From Bacteroidota bacterium (lineage in GTDB: Bacteria > Bacteroidota > Bacteroidia > Bacteroidales > VadinHA17): 64,000 nucleotides of DNA. The stretch lies in contig JBAXXU010000004.1 in NCBI GenBank assembly GCA_037127735.1, positions 786-64,785 of the forward strand. The letters run 5' to 3'. Position 1 is the stretch's first letter, and each line of letters starts with the position of its first letter. Below the pieces are notes generated by a model, which saw nothing but the letters and a program-made list of their open reading frames with translations, was not told the origin of the DNA and did no database searches. The position numbers and the translations under genes were made by a program. Below, one piece after another: positions 50,112 to 59,369 of this stretch.

Positions 50112-50136
50112 ATCTACAATATTAAATCGAAAAATC

Positions 50137-51438
50137 ATGTTACTACGATTAAAAATCAGGAACTTCCTGTCATTTTTTGAAGAAACAGTATTCGATATGT
50201 TTCCGAATCCTAAACGCACTTCTTTTCCTAATCACATCTATGGAGAAATGAGCGTACCACTGTTAAAGCAAGCTGCCATTTATGGGGCTAATGGTTCGGG
50301 AAAATCTAATTTTATTAAAGCAATTGGGTTTATTAAAATGTTTGTAACACACGAAGATTTCCTGAAAAAGATAGATTTAGATGAATACATCTTCCAGTTG
50401 ACAACTGCAAAACAATCGAAGGTAAATTTTGAAGTAGAGTTTTTTATCAAGGGAAAGTACTTTGTTTACAAGATAGAAATTGATAAAAAGCATATTCAAG
50501 AGTCGCTTTATCAATCTGGATTAGGAAAAACACCCGACAAGTTGCTGTTTAAGCGCAATGGAGACGAAATCACATCAGGTTATTTAGAAAATGAGAGTTC
50601 TGCTAAGCAGTTGTTGACAATGAATCCTCTGTCATCTCTTCTCCCTTTAAACCAAAAGTTTCCTGTGCTTACTAGTGAAGATGTCAAGCTGGCTTTTGAG
50701 TGGTTTGAAAATAAGCTGGAAATAGTTACGATAAACAGTACTGTCCCTGCATTAATAGAATTGATGTCGAAACAGGCCGCCTTATTAAATTTAACGAATG
50801 AGATTTTTGAAAATATTGGGGTGGGGATCAATGCTGTAAAGATTGCTGATACACCTTTTGATCAATGGGTTACAGATAATAAAAACGCTAAGGATTTACA
50901 GCAAATAATGGAGAATGACCCATTGAAACAAAATATAGGGATATTAGGAATCGAAAATAACAGGACTATTTTTTCTGTTTCATTAAAAAAAGGAGGTAAA
51001 ACAGTACAGGAATTTCTGTTTGAACAAATAGGACAGACTGGATTTAAAAAAGAAATGAAAATCACTGCTCAATCAGATGGTACCGTTCGATTATTGACAT
51101 TAATTCCTGCCATATATGAAGCTATAAATAAACAAAAAGTCGTTTTTATTGATGAAATAGATAACAGTATCCATCCTAATTTGATGTTCTCGTTACTGCA
51201 GTTTTATGGAGCTAAACCATCTAAAGGTCAATTAATATTCACTACCCATACTACTAAATTGATAAATCAGCAGGAGTTACTTCGACCTGACGAGATATGG
51301 TTAAGCGAAAAGGAAAATGGTAATTCACGTATGTATTCTATTAATGAATTTAAGATACATAATACTATAAACCTTGAAAATGGGTATTTAGATGGACGTT
51401 ATGGTGCTGTACCTCAATTAAGTGTTTTAAATTCTTAA
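50137..51438 (+). CDS. AAA_21/AAA_15-type ABC-like ATPase (AbiLi-like)
   Basis: The N-terminus LKIRNFLSF, Walker A YGANGSGKSNF, Walker B VVFIDEIDNSIHP and TTHT are typical of the defence-associated ATPases paired with RloB/Toprim proteins. Confidence 0.75.
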   Translation: MLLRLKIRNFLSFFEETVFDMFPNPKRTSFPNHIYGEMSVPLLKQAAIYGANGSGKSNFIKAIGFIKMFVTHEDFLKKIDLDEYIFQLTTAKQSKVNFEVEFFIKGKYFVYKIEIDKKHIQESLYQSGLGKTPDKLLFKRNGDEITSGYLENESSAKQLLTMNPLSSLLPLNQKFPVLTSEDVKLAFEWFENKLEIVTINSTVPALIELMSKQAALLNLTNEIFENIGVGINAVKIADTPFDQWVTDNKNAKDLQQIMENDPLKQNIGILGIENNRTIFSVSLKKGGKTVQEFLFEQIGQTGFKKEMKITAQSDGTVRLLTLIPAIYEAINKQKVVFIDEIDNSIHPNLMFSLLQFYGAKPSKGQLIFTTHTTKLINQQELLRPDEIWLSEKENGNSRMYSINEFKIHNTINLENGYLDGRYGAVPQLSVLNS

Positions 51439-52247
51439 TGGCAGAAGTTAAGCCTACATATAGTAAAAATAGTCCTGAAAGGGAGCTTCTGCCACTACAG
51501 AAAAAGAAAACTGTTTCAGTCGAAGCCCAGCAAGTATCTTTAGTTAATATTCAGTTACCCGATTATCAAAAACCGGATATTGCAGAATTACCAAAAGCGT
51601 TTTTCATAATCATATCCGGGGGGGAAGTGCGTGAAAAAAACTATTTCAGATTCATATCAATTCAAGACAAATTTAAACGCATTAAGTTAGAATTTATAGC
51701 TGATCCATTAAAACTATCGCCGGATGGAATGTATGAGGTGGCTGAATATAAGAAAGCACATTATGAAACAAGTCGGAATGAAGATGCTGAACCCGACAAA
51801 ATGTATTTATTATCGGATGTAGATGATTTTATAAATGAACTTCTTCGAATTAAACCAAAATGTGAAAATGTAGGTTTTCATCTGATTATAAGTAATTCTT
51901 GTTTTGAAGTTTGGTTGTATTATGCTTATCGTGATACGATTCCATCTTTCCCATTACCAACAGATCCACTTAAGATTAGCAGCAAATTTAAAGGTTGGTT
52001 ACCAAGTGTAATTTCTGGAGGAATAAAACCCCAAAAAGCAATTTTACGTATATATTCTAATATTGAAAATGCAAAAAAAAATTACAGAGAAGATGAGAAC
52101 GGAATTCCTTTGTTGTTTTCAACTAACATGTATTTATTAGCCGAGAATTTATTGCCATTGATTGAACCAGAGCTTACAGAAATGATAGAGGAAACAAAAA
52201 GAATTGAAGCTGAGTTTCGTATTAAAAAGAAAGTAACTAATCAGTAA
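51438..52247 (+). CDS. RloB-like (Toprim-related) protein (AbiLii-like)
   Basis: FFIIISGGEVREKNYF, YLLSDVDDF and HLIISNSCFEVWLYYAY correspond to the three conserved RloB blocks as I recall them. A 1-nt TAATG overlap links it to the ATPase gene. Confidence 0.65.
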   Translation: MAEVKPTYSKNSPERELLPLQKKKTVSVEAQQVSLVNIQLPDYQKPDIAELPKAFFIIISGGEVREKNYFRFISIQDKFKRIKLEFIADPLKLSPDGMYEVAEYKKAHYETSRNEDAEPDKMYLLSDVDDFINELLRIKPKCENVGFHLIISNSCFEVWLYYAYRDTIPSFPLPTDPLKISSKFKGWLPSVISGGIKPQKAILRIYSNIENAKKNYREDENGIPLLFSTNMYLLAENLLPLIEPELTEMIEETKRIEAEFRIKKKVTNQ

Positions 52248-52491
52248 ATACAATAAGTATGTTTTAAGAGCTTAAAGTATTAAATACTTAAAGTTTAATC
52301 TATTAGATATTTACTCGAAGTCAATATTTAACTGATTAATTTTCTTATAATTAAAACCTTTATGATCTGTTATTTTGATTTTAAAATTCTCAGATTATCA
52401 AACATATCGTGTTTTTTACATATGTTAATAAACTTTGTCTATTTAAAAATATAATGTAAATTTATATCAGATGAACTAAAATTTAAAAAAG

Positions 52492-52869
52492 ATGAAAAAG
52501 ACAACTTTATTAATCGTATCGGTTTTGTTTATTTTATCTTGTTCTACTGATAATTCAAAAGAAGCATTATTAAAAAAAATAAAAAAAGCATTTCCTGCAG
52601 CTGCTGTTAATATGGAAACAACTGAAAAACAATTTAGAGTTGCAGATGAATTTGAAACTTATCCTATGCTATTTTTAAGTAGCGATATGGAAACAAGTTC
52701 AAAAGTAGAAAAATTAATAAATGAACATTTAGGATTTTCCACATCTACAAAATTTAATAATCAAGTATGGACAACGCCTGATTATGGGGTTGTTAAATTT
52801 ATAAACGGAAATCAAGATTTAGTTTTATTAATCTGTTCAAAAATGAGAGCTGAATTATATTTACATTAA
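52492..52869 (+). CDS. Small lipoprotein, unknown function
   Basis: Lipobox (VLFILSCSTD). The DNA is very AT-rich. I recognise no motif. Confidence 0.45.
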   Translation: MKKTTLLIVSVLFILSCSTDNSKEALLKKIKKAFPAAAVNMETTEKQFRVADEFETYPMLFLSSDMETSSKVEKLINEHLGFSTSTKFNNQVWTTPDYGVVKFINGNQDLVLLICSKMRAELYLH

Positions 52870-52910
52870 TCTAATCCTATTAAAATTTAAACAATTCTAA
52901 AATCAGCATC

Positions 52911-53138
52911 ATGGAAAGAAAAGATGAAATTAAAATAGCACTTTATACGGATTTTAAAAAGGGTGATGAACTTAAAACATTTGAAATAAAAGAATGCGTT
53001 TCAAAACATTATCCCGAAATTCCTAAAAATAGTATTTTACCATCTGATTTTTGTTGTAATTCTAAGACTAAGGATCCGTTTTCTGGAAAGTATCACATAT
53101 TTAAAATATTAGGCTATGGTTCTTATGAATTATTATAA
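52911..53138 (+). CDS. Hypothetical 75-aa protein
   Basis: An ORF only. The ILPSDFCCNSKTKDP motif is not assignable from memory. Confidence 0.3.
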   Translation: MERKDEIKIALYTDFKKGDELKTFEIKECVSKHYPEIPKNSILPSDFCCNSKTKDPFSGKYHIFKILGYGSYELL

Positions 53139-53301
53139 ATATCTAAACTTCAAAAAATAGCAAATGTAATTTTCAAAATTTTATTGTGTAAAACATTTTA
53201 TATTGGATTTTAGCCTAATATTTACTTTCCAATCTTATATCTTGATGATTATTAATAATATATAACTTTAATATGGCATAGCTGGGCCCACAATGAAAAT
53301 C

Positions 53302-53338
53302 AGACACTTACATTTCTAAATTGTGAGTGTCTTTTTTT
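53302..53338 (+). terminator. Rho-independent terminator-like hairpin with no obvious upstream gene
   Basis: AGACACTTA-(loop)-TGAGTGTCT followed by TTTTTTT. It lies 165 nt after the 52911-53138 ORF. Confidence 0.5.
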
Positions 53339-53413
53339 ATGCGCCAGGCTTAAGCCAGGTTTTGGAGAAAAGGAGAGAGTTTTGACCAAAAGATTACTCT
53401 ATCATAAGAGCAG

Positions 53414-53698
53414 GTGAAAGGAACCAAGAAACAATTGGCAGATTTTTTTGAGGTCAATGAGCGAACAATTGAAAACTATATCGAGAAAAATGAAGCAGAA
53501 CTAGCAAAAAACGGTTACGAGGTTGTTGTTGGCAAACGACTGACAGACTTTAAGTTAGTCCTTGAACGTCAGTCTGATCCTGAAATGGATTTCACCATCA
53601 AAACTGTCCGGTTGGGAATCTTCAATTTCAGGGCTTTGCTAAACCTTGGAATGTTGCTTTCCGACATCATTAAGGTCCGTGAACTTAGAAGATTTTGA
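53414..53698 (+). pseudogene. Fragment of an HTH/DNA-binding protein gene
   Basis: GTG start immediately after an in-frame stop. TKKQLADFFEVNERTIENYIEKN is HTH-like. The ORF ends abruptly and I do not recognise a complete domain architecture. Confidence 0.35.
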
Positions 53699-53978
53699 CA
53701 GGTTTCTGGGAGAGAAAAGTATGTCACTTGAAGATCGACTTGATGAATTCAAAGAGATTTTTATGAAGCATTAAAACTTGAGATATTGACCATTATAAGC
53801 CAGGACTTATCTTTAAATGAGTGAGAATTTTCTACAATTATTTACTCTACAGTTTTAATTTTAGACAAATTCAGTCTTCAGATTCTTTGGGTTATAAACC
53901 CAGCCCGTCCCTGCCTCACAACTTGACAGAGTGCAAGGTGCCAGTACTCATTTATAACGAGACGGATTTTAAATTTGC

Positions 53979-54012
53979 CCTGCCTCTGAGCCTGGGCCCT
54001 GAGCCCTGCGCC
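53979..54012 (-). repeat. GGCNCAG heptamer array (minus-strand sense: GGCGCAG GGCTCAG GGCCCAG GCTCAG AGGCAGG)
   Basis: Read directly. It starts 3 nt after the minus-strand rluD stop codon (54016-54018). Confidence 0.9.
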
Positions 54013-54015
54013 AAT

Positions 54016-55047
54016 TCATTCATGATCCCTACCGGAAGTATATTTCCTCCATTTATCTATTACCTGCGCCATATCATCAGGCATTTCTGAGTCGAATGAG
54101 AGCCTTTTTCCGGTTACCGGATGATCGAATGACAGCGATTTTGCATGCAGCGCCTGTCGTGGCAGTATCTTAAAACAATTTTTAATAAACTGTTGGTACT
54201 TGGTAAATGTGGTTCCTTTAAGTATCTGATCGCCACCGTATTCCTCATCGTTAAAAAGAGGGTGTTTAATATAACTGAAATGTACCCTGATCTGATGAGT
54301 CCTTCCTGTTTCAAGTTTACATTCAACAAGTGAAATATATCCGAGGTCCTCAATTACCTTATAATGTGTTATTGCTGATTTCCCTTCACTGCCATCTTTA
54401 AAGACCTGCATTATCTTCCTGTCTTTTATACTCCTGCCGACATTCCCGGTAATTGTGCCTTCCATAGGATCTGGTGTTCCCCATACAAGTGCATTATATC
54501 TTCTCTCTGTTGTACGATCATAAAATTGTTTCGAGAGTCTGTTAAGGGCGAATTCATTCTTCGCGATAACGAGAATCCCTGAAGTGTTTTTATCCAGTCT
54601 GTGAACAAGTCCCGGCCTGCTTTCACCCGTATTGAAAAGAGGAAGATCCTTAAAGTGCCACATCAGCGCGCTAACCAGTGTGCCGGTATAATTGCCATAG
54701 GCAGGATGGACAACCATTCCGGGCTCTTTGTTAACTACCAGGACGTCAGCATCTTCGTAAACAATATTTAGGGGAATGTTTTCCGGAACAAGTTCAATTT
54801 CTCTTGGAGGAGTCGGCAAAACGACCTGAACTATATCACCGGGTTTGACTTTATAGTTTGGTTTAACAGGGTTATTGTTAACGAGAATATTACCGGCATT
54901 TGCAGCATTTTGTATCCGTGTCCTGGAGGTGCTCTCGAGTCTGTCAGACAGGAATTTATCTATTCTCAGAAGCGATTGTCCGGGATCGGCTTTAAAACTG
55001 TGATGTTCAAAAAGTTCTTGCCGGTCAACTAATTCTTCTTCTGCCAT
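54016..55047 (-). CDS. rluD: RluA-family 23S rRNA pseudouridine synthase (RluD-like)
   Basis: It has an S4 domain (RIDKFLSDRL). HRLDKNTSGILVIAK, GRTHQIRVH and LHA are present. Confidence 0.9.
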   Translation of the reverse strand: MAEEELVDRQELFEHHSFKADPGQSLLRIDKFLSDRLESTSRTRIQNAANAGNILVNNNPVKPNYKVKPGDIVQVVLPTPPREIELVPENIPLNIVYEDADVLVVNKEPGMVVHPAYGNYTGTLVSALMWHFKDLPLFNTGESRPGLVHRLDKNTSGILVIAKNEFALNRLSKQFYDRTTERRYNALVWGTPDPMEGTITGNVGRSIKDRKIMQVFKDGSEGKSAITHYKVIEDLGYISLVECKLETGRTHQIRVHFSYIKHPLFNDEEYGGDQILKGTTFTKYQQFIKNCFKILPRQALHAKSLSFDHPVTGKRLSFDSEMPDDMAQVIDKWRKYTSGRDHE

Positions 55048-55056
55048 TTTGGGTTA

Positions 55057-56913
55057 TTACCTTGTTTTCAAAAGCCGGTTATAGCCTACACGTTTACCAT
55101 TTGTACTTGTAATAATAATGTAAATGCCCTCGTGCAGAGTGGAGATATCAATTTTTTCACTAAGTGGTTCTCTTATCAGTTCGCGGCCATACAAGTCAAA
55201 AACTGAAATATAGGTTGATCCTGATAATTGTAGTTCCCCGGTTTTAACATTAAGATAATCAGTTGCCGGATTGGGCCATACACTTATCTGGTTTTTGTTA
55301 TAGTAATAATTATCGTTTATTGATGTTATCTTAATCGGATCACCTACGACCGGTCGTATCATTATGCTCCCCTTCACCTGCGACTGCAGCCATTCTCCAT
55401 TCAGCCAGTAAAATTGCTTCCCCGCGTGAGGCGTGTTTACATCAAAACCTACATTCAGAAATGTCTCGGAGCGCTGCTTCCATCCGATATAAAAGATACT
55501 GTTTACCATAACTCCCTCAGGAATATAATAGGAATAAAAACCATTGATCATTTCACCCTGTTCAACTATAACCTCTTCTCTGGAATATATAACATTACCC
55601 GGCACCCCATTTTTGTCGTCCCAAACCATCAGATCAAATGCTCTTTTGTTTGTATTCAAATAGCTGTCGTTGAAGCAAATATTGATAGCCCTTAATGTAT
55701 CCTGCATGAACGAAACAAACCTGTAAGCACACATCGCGTTTCTCGATCCAAGCCCGTTTATTCCGTAACCCCCTTCAGAGGAGCCATCGTCAAATGCAAA
55801 ATAGTTTTTGAATCTCTGGAAATAGACTAATGTGTCGTTTCCCTTAGGATCAAACTCATCAGTTTTTAGTGAACAGGTAATTCTGAAAAGGGCCGAATCG
55901 TTGTTATCAGTGTTGAATGTGTAGATGAGGTTGGCATTATCATCTACGTTGGTTAAAGGGCCGATATTTGTAGCGCCGGCAGAGAAAGAAATGGATTGTG
56001 AATTTTTATAGACATCCCATATCTCGAAGTCGCGGGTTACATTCCTTATAATTGTGTCGTTGTTGCGGAAATGAACAGGAATCGAGGAACCCATCTCCTG
56101 AAGATATACCTGTCTGAATTGTTTCCATGGCATAGCCTCATGACTTTTGAGCAGAGAGCGGAGCGGAAGCCTGAAAGCCACGTCGGCAAAGACCGTATCA
56201 CCGGCATTCCTGTTTTTGTCAAGAAGAACATAATCAATGTTCCATATATCGCAGTTCCCAACCATTGAAGGATCACTCATGTTTGGGCTGAGGCTCGCGT
56301 AATTGATGAAACGGAACTGGAAACCATTTTTAAGAAAACGGCTATTGTCAACCCTGATGATAACGGGTTTAAATCTCTGGTCGGTATTTCCACCGGCTTT
56401 CCAGACAGAATACCATTTGCTCTCATCAGGAGCCAGGAACTGAAGGGTAAGACTATCATTTTCTTCAGGCGAATCTGCCAGACCGCCTGCCTGATAAAAA
56501 AAACTTAGCCAGATGTTTTCTGATGCGGCATAATTAAGGTTTACCGGTTGAGATGTAAGATGGTCTGCTTCAAAGACCGCGGAAGAGGCAGTTTCATATA
56601 ACCTGCCGGAATTATCGAGTGCATCAAAAGTTGCGATCCCTGTGGTGATCTGCCTATCGGAGTATGTATCATTAATAAAAACAAAGTTATCGAGCCACTT
56701 CATACTATTTGGAAAAACCGATAGCCCCGAGAAATCATCAAAGAGGGGAAGTTCCACAGTTCCTCCTTTGGCTATCGCTTTATTTGATTCCTGTTTAACT
56801 TTGTTTAAAGTTATCGGGTAGTTTGATTGCAGACCGGTAACCACCTCCTGTGCAGTTAAGTAAACCAGACAAAGATTAAGAAGAATTGAATATAGGATTA
56901 TCTGTTTGATCAT
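55057..56913 (-). CDS. Secreted protein with T9SS type A C-terminal sorting domain
   Basis: It has a signal peptide. The C-terminus ISVWPNPATDYLNV...ISVFDLYGRELI...LHEGIYIIITSTNGK is a Por_Secre_tail. Confidence 0.8.
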   Translation of the reverse strand: MIKQIILYSILLNLCLVYLTAQEVVTGLQSNYPITLNKVKQESNKAIAKGGTVELPLFDDFSGLSVFPNSMKWLDNFVFINDTYSDRQITTGIATFDALDNSGRLYETASSAVFEADHLTSQPVNLNYAASENIWLSFFYQAGGLADSPEENDSLTLQFLAPDESKWYSVWKAGGNTDQRFKPVIIRVDNSRFLKNGFQFRFINYASLSPNMSDPSMVGNCDIWNIDYVLLDKNRNAGDTVFADVAFRLPLRSLLKSHEAMPWKQFRQVYLQEMGSSIPVHFRNNDTIIRNVTRDFEIWDVYKNSQSISFSAGATNIGPLTNVDDNANLIYTFNTDNNDSALFRITCSLKTDEFDPKGNDTLVYFQRFKNYFAFDDGSSEGGYGINGLGSRNAMCAYRFVSFMQDTLRAINICFNDSYLNTNKRAFDLMVWDDKNGVPGNVIYSREEVIVEQGEMINGFYSYYIPEGVMVNSIFYIGWKQRSETFLNVGFDVNTPHAGKQFYWLNGEWLQSQVKGSIMIRPVVGDPIKITSINDNYYYNKNQISVWPNPATDYLNVKTGELQLSGSTYISVFDLYGRELIREPLSEKIDISTLHEGIYIIITSTNGKRVGYNRLLKTR

Positions 56914-56936
56914 CAGTTTTGGTTAGATGTCCTGTT

Positions 56937-57773
56937 TTAAAGGCTAACAGAAGGTACTGTATCTGAAATAATTAAAATAGTTGAATCGATCGAGGTCTTT
57001 GCCGGATCCACTGTCATCCACAGGTATATCGCGGATCCAAGCTGTAGTCTGGCACCCTCTTTGTATTCTGGATTCTGTTTATAAACATAGGCATTAAGTG
57101 TGTCATCCCTGTTAACAATAGTATTATCGTAAATATATGTCGCGAGATTAAGCGATGAGGCAAGGATTTTATTTCTTGCAGGTTCAAGATTCATGCCGAT
57201 CAGGTATGGTACCGGAGTGCGTTCATTACTCAATCCTTTCCCCAGTACCAGATCAACAACCGAGCCCTTTTGCAGTGAATCACCCCTGGCGATGCTTTTT
57301 CCATTGTAAAGTTGTTCGATAACGACATCTATTGAGAGATCTGGCCTGTATCTTAATTGTCCCATTTCGAATCCTGAATTCTCTATCAATGTTATTGCCT
57401 GTCTTTTTGGAAGATCAACAAGATCTGGCATAGCTACCATTTCAGGGTGAAAGGCATTTATAGTCAGTACAATAAGTCTGCGTTTCTTTACTTTAAAACC
57501 CGGTTTTGGATTCTGCTTAGCAACGCAGCCACGCGGAACAAGTGACGTGTAAACTGAATCAATGACCTGATATCTTAGTCTGCTCTTTTTTGCCAGAGTT
57601 GCAGTCTGCTCCATAGTAAGCCCTAAAAAATCAGGAACCGTCCGCGCCTGTCCATGCCTTGTATAGAAATTTAGCCAAATAAGTAATAGCATTACCAATC
57701 CGACAATAATGACAATTGCATACCCAAGGTGTTTAATAAATAATTTGCTTAGGATAAAATTTTTAAGGCTCAT
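56937..57773 (-). CDS. PASTA domain-containing membrane protein
   Basis: It has an N-terminal TM helix. Three repeats carry the PDF/PDL...G pattern (VPDFLGLTMEQA, MPDLVDLPKRQA, VPYLIGMNLEPA). Confidence 0.7.
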   Translation of the reverse strand: MSLKNFILSKLFIKHLGYAIVIIVGLVMLLLIWLNFYTRHGQARTVPDFLGLTMEQTATLAKKSRLRYQVIDSVYTSLVPRGCVAKQNPKPGFKVKKRRLIVLTINAFHPEMVAMPDLVDLPKRQAITLIENSGFEMGQLRYRPDLSIDVVIEQLYNGKSIARGDSLQKGSVVDLVLGKGLSNERTPVPYLIGMNLEPARNKILASSLNLATYIYDNTIVNRDDTLNAYVYKQNPEYKEGARLQLGSAIYLWMTVDPAKTSIDSTILIISDTVPSVSL

Positions 57774-57867
57774 ACTTACAAATTGAACATTAGTAATAAC
57801 GCAAATGTACTGATAAAATTATAAGAAATATTACTTAGAATTTTTTAACCGCGGAGTTCTCAAATCC

Positions 57868-59028
57868 TTAGTGACCTTTGTGGCTAATGGATTTCGACTT
57901 TTTAGACGGCCCTGATGAGGAGTAAATAATAGGGTTATAGAGTGAATCTCTTTCTACAGGAATAAATCCTGCTTCACGAATCAATTGGCAGATCTCTTCT
58001 GTTGTCATTGCCGGGTTCTCCTCTTTTGAACCTGCCATAGAATAGATTCTTGTGGTATCATCAATTGTTCCATCCATATCATCGGCACCGAAAGAGAGAG
58101 AAAGCCTGGCGTTTTCTTTCCCGGTCATTGGCCAGTATGCTTTTATATGATTGAAGTTATCGAGATAAATTCTTGATACAGCATAGTTTCGGAGATCTTC
58201 AATAATGTTCACTTCGCCGAGGTACGACATACCGTTGTTCGACTTCTTATATTTTAATGGGATAAAGGCATTAAATCCTCCAGTTTTGTCCTGGAGCTTG
58301 CGAAGTCTCTCCATGTGATCAATACGGTGCTTGTAAGTTTCCATGTGCCCATAAAGCATCGTGGCATTCGATGGAATTCCGATGTTGTGTGCAATTTCAT
58401 GAATTTTAAGCCATAGAGATGATGATGATTTTTCGGCACAGATAATTTTTCGAAGTTCTTCATCGAATATTTCAGCCCCGCCTCCGGGTATTGAATCAAG
58501 TCCATAACCCTTTAAAAGCTTTAGCCCTTCTTCTATTGTGCAACCCGCCCGGGTTATCATATAATCAAGTTCAATGGCTGAGAAAGCCTTTACATGAAGG
58601 GCAGGCCGGTGTTCTTTGATTTTTTGTATTAGTCTGCCCCAATAATGAAGATCGTAAGCGGGATGTACACCTCCAACAATATGAACTTCTGTAACATCTT
58701 TATTATCAAAGCTTTTAACAATGTCAAGCATATCTTCATGGCTGTATTCCCAGCTTTCCGGATCTCCCTCAGGTTTATGATAAGAACAGAACCTGCAATT
58801 ATAAATACATTTATTGGTTGGTTCAATATGAAAATTATGATTGAAATAAGCAAAATTACCATTGTGTCTTCTCCTGACAATTCCAGCGAGGAGGCCCAGG
58901 AGTGACAGGTCGGCTTCATTATAAAGTATTAAACCATCTTCGGGAGTGATGCGGATATTGTTGGCTATTCTATCAGCGATCAGCCTGAGGTCTTTATCGT
59001 CAATATAGTTAAAAAGGTCATTCATCAT
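57868..59028 (-). CDS. CofH/MqnE/MqnC-family radical SAM enzyme (futalosine-pathway type)
   Basis: IEPTNKCIYNCRFCSY is a CxxxCxxC cluster. VHIVGGVHP and GADDMDGT are present. I chose the start at ATG 59028, because the track ORF extends into an upstream hairpin element. Confidence 0.7.
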   Translation of the reverse strand: MMNDLFNYIDDKDLRLIADRIANNIRITPEDGLILYNEADLSLLGLLAGIVRRRHNGNFAYFNHNFHIEPTNKCIYNCRFCSYHKPEGDPESWEYSHEDMLDIVKSFDNKDVTEVHIVGGVHPAYDLHYWGRLIQKIKEHRPALHVKAFSAIELDYMITRAGCTIEEGLKLLKGYGLDSIPGGGAEIFDEELRKIICAEKSSSSLWLKIHEIAHNIGIPSNATMLYGHMETYKHRIDHMERLRKLQDKTGGFNAFIPLKYKKSNNGMSYLGEVNIIEDLRNYAVSRIYLDNFNHIKAYWPMTGKENARLSLSFGADDMDGTIDDTTRIYSMAGSKEENPAMTTEEICQLIREAGFIPVERDSLYNPIIYSSSGPSKKSKSISHKGH

Positions 59029-59074
59029 TTTATGGATAAAAAGGCCGGTAAAGTTAAGAATTATCTCTGATCTA

Positions 59075-59142
59075 CATGAACTCACCCCTCCCCGACCCCC
59101 TCTCTGCTCCGCAAAAAGGAGGATTAAGGGGGTGTGTTCATG
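59075..59142. repeat. GC-rich hairpin element
   Basis: CATGAACTCACCCC (59075-88) and GGGGTGTGTTCATG (59129-42) are complementary at 13/14 positions. The left arm is the exact reverse complement of 16164-16177. Confidence 0.75.
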
Positions 59143-59152
59143 AGGTGGAATG

Positions 59153-59184
59153 AAACAAAAAAAGGCGCCTTATTTAAAGGCACC
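59153..59184 (-). terminator. Rho-independent terminator of rpmH
   Basis: The minus strand reads GGUGCCUU-UAAAU-AAGGCGCC (8 bp including one G-U pair) followed by UUUUUUUGUUU. Confidence 0.75.
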
Positions 59185-59210
59185 CTTAAGCAGATATTGT
59201 ATAATGTTTA

Positions 59211-59369
59211 TTATCCTTTCAATTTAAGTTCAGGGGAAACTGAAAGTTTTTTTCTTCCCTTTGCTCTGCGGGCAGCAAGAACTCTTCTTCCGTTGGGAGT
59301 TGACATCCTTTCCCTGAAACCATGTTTATTTGCTCTCTTCCTTCTTGATGGCTGAAATGTCCTTTTCAT
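59211..59369 (-). CDS. rpmH: 50S ribosomal protein L34
   Basis: This gene is not in the supplied track (52 aa). The reverse-strand translation is [52 protein letters not shown]. Confidence 0.95.
   Translation of the reverse strand: MKRTFQPSRRKRANKHGFRERMSTPNGRRVLAARRAKGRKKLSVSPELKLKG

Noticed and set aside
53821-54090. 89-aa plus-strand ORF spanning the GGCNCAG array and the 3-prime end of rluD.
   Set aside because: It overlaps the well-supported rluD gene on the opposite strand and runs through the repeat array. It has no motif.
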